DNA of 63,843 nucleotides from Pocillopora damicornis (Eukaryota): NCBI RefSeq assembly GCF_003704095.1, contig NW_020846678.1, positions 186,158 to 250,000 of the forward strand, read 5' to 3'. Shown piece by piece: positions 62,345 to 63,843 of this stretch (position 1 is its first letter; each line of letters starts with the position of its first letter). The notes under the pieces were generated by a model. It saw only the letters and a program-made list of their open reading frames with translations, ran no database searches and was not told where the DNA came from. The position numbers and the translations under genes were made by a program.

Positions 62345-63000
62345 CCTTTTCCTGAGCCGATTGCTCTTTACCCACTCAGTGCCAAATATCAAGCGAGAGA
62401 TGTGATTGGTGGAAATATACCTGGAATACTTAACAATGTTGTCCCTGCCCCTGGACCTTTTAATAAGAGCGAAAATTCTCTTTCGTTGTTGGGAACTCCG
62501 AACAGCTACATCAAGTTCCCAAACGACGGAAAATTGGAGACAAATACTTCCTTCTCTTTACTGGTGTGGATTTTACCAATTCATCTAGGACTAATATTGG
62601 GCTACAGTACTGATGGATGGGGCGTGGTCTTCTGAATGATTGGACCTGGGAAACTTTTTATCTGTTTTGTTGCTCTTGGGAAAAAAGGAGCATATAAATT
62701 ACTCGTTATGGAAAGCTCGCACAACAAACCAAACAAGTAGAATTTCGTCGATGCAATTTAACGTCAGAATACTGGACGGACAAGTTTATGGATGAATGGA
62801 AAACTAGAGGATGTCAGATTTATTGGCGATATTACGTTGGACAATAATTATTCTGTAAGAATGGGAGTGAGTATTGGGGACGAATTTAACTTTCGTGGTT
62901 GTATATCATGCATGCAAGTTTATGACGTGGCTCTACTGCCCGAACAAATCAACAGTGCAAAATGGAAGTGTAGATCTTTTCAAAGACTTTTTAAGGGGAA
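62345..63000 (+). pseudogene. Pseudogenised LamG-like domain of the same family as the giant gene's L modules
   Basis: PEPIALYPL...PAPGP...NSYIKFPNDGKLET...WGVVF*MIGP...NK*NFV..I*..TG...LWMNG...VRMG...FRGCISCMQVYDVAL...KC; in-frame stops at 62633, 62738 and 62759. Confidence 0.85.
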
Positions 63001-63584
63001 AATCAGAAAGAACCGGCCACGCGACTAGCTTTAGAATTGTTTTTTTTTTTGTCCCTTTGATCAGAAATATTTTCAGAAGTGAGAATTGTCCAGAAGTTAT
63101 GAAAATTGCTTCACGTTTTATATGTATGACCAAATAAAGATATGAGCAAACACGCCATTCAGTTCAGTGGCCATTGAAACCTCTCCTCGCGTTCTTGTAA
63201 CATTTTGCGTGGTCTGTTACGCCGGAAACCAATGGAGGGTGTGTCCTATTGTTTAAATAAGCACTTAACTGGAATAAAACCAAATTGACGCTGCATGTTA
63301 TTTTTTTGGGCGTCATACTTGAGGAAGTCCTTATGAAGGTATTCTCTGGTCTATCGGAAATAGTAGACATACTGACTTTGAGAGGACTTTACTTTCCTTT
63401 ATTTCTTTACTGATACTAAGAAATTTGAGACGTACATTTGCATACCTTTATCATAAATACAAAATGCTTAAATAGCGCTTACAATGAATTATCGGTTTTA
63501 TCAGTTTGCTTAATATTCAGGCCCGAATACGTACGCAGATACTGTTTGAGTGACGTTACAGTTAAGGTCCTCTGTTTGGCCAGG

Positions 63585-63786
63585 TTACTGAGTAAGGTAA
63601 CCAGTTTGCTCGACGTCCCTAGTAAGTGGAACACTTCGTTTCCTTTTGTATGGATCAGAAATAGCCTTGCCACACACGTCACCATAGCAGGCCAGCTGTT
63701 CGCCCTCACACAGAACACCCGAATCACAGAGCGCACAAGGCACTCCCAGCAAGTCACATCCAGAAACTCGCTTGGCAAACTTGCGC
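63585..63786 (-). CDS. Candidate last exon of a small Cys-rich peptide precursor (5' part outside window)
   Basis: Pyrimidine tract + cag acceptor, then ...FAKR-VSGCDLLGVPCALCDSGVLCEGEQLACYGDVCGKAISDPY-KRKR-SVP...stop. The frame was chosen on motif content only. Confidence 0.45.
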
Positions 63787-63843
63787 TGAAACATAGAGAA
63801 GGAAGAATTGATTTGAGTGAAGTTTGTAAAGATTCCATAGTGG

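Noticed and set aside
62633-62635. TGA as selenocysteine or readthrough in the LamG copy
   Set aside because: It replaces a conserved Trp, and TAG and TAA stops follow in the same frame

Overview
Intron-rich animal genomic DNA from a draft scaffold with N-gaps. The repeat families and domain types look like a cnidarian, probably a stony coral; this is an inference, not a database result. About 49 kb (1 to ~49.9 kb, minus strand, running off the left edge) is one giant modular gene. By reading GT-AG junctions I reconstructed 13 von Willebrand factor A (vWA) domains and 18 LamG-like/concanavalin-A-fold domains, almost all one domain per phase-1 exon. They are joined by 31 short exons of 18-78 nt, nearly all Pro/Thr-rich. 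The total is about 6,600 aa inside the window, and the protein is extremely Arg-rich. The array has internal rules. vWA domains with an intact MIDAS alternate with ones that have lost it, and a higher-order 4-domain unit recurs. The only junctions with no linker exon are those where the vWA and the next LamG each carry one extra Cys. Upstream on the same strand are a 415-aa secreted WSC-like protein with an acidic tail and C-terminal CxxC, and a secreted vWA gene paralogous to the giant gene's N-terminus. At the right edge is a candidate 6-Cys peptide precursor exon. Also present: a LamG pseudogene, a divergent tRNA-Asp, a tRNA-Lys fragment, Penelope-like remnants with minimal hammerhead ribozyme motifs, and several MITE/SINE-like repeats. 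The 18.6-21.9 kb gap region holds inverted, duplicated exon fragments of the giant gene and is probably misassembled.
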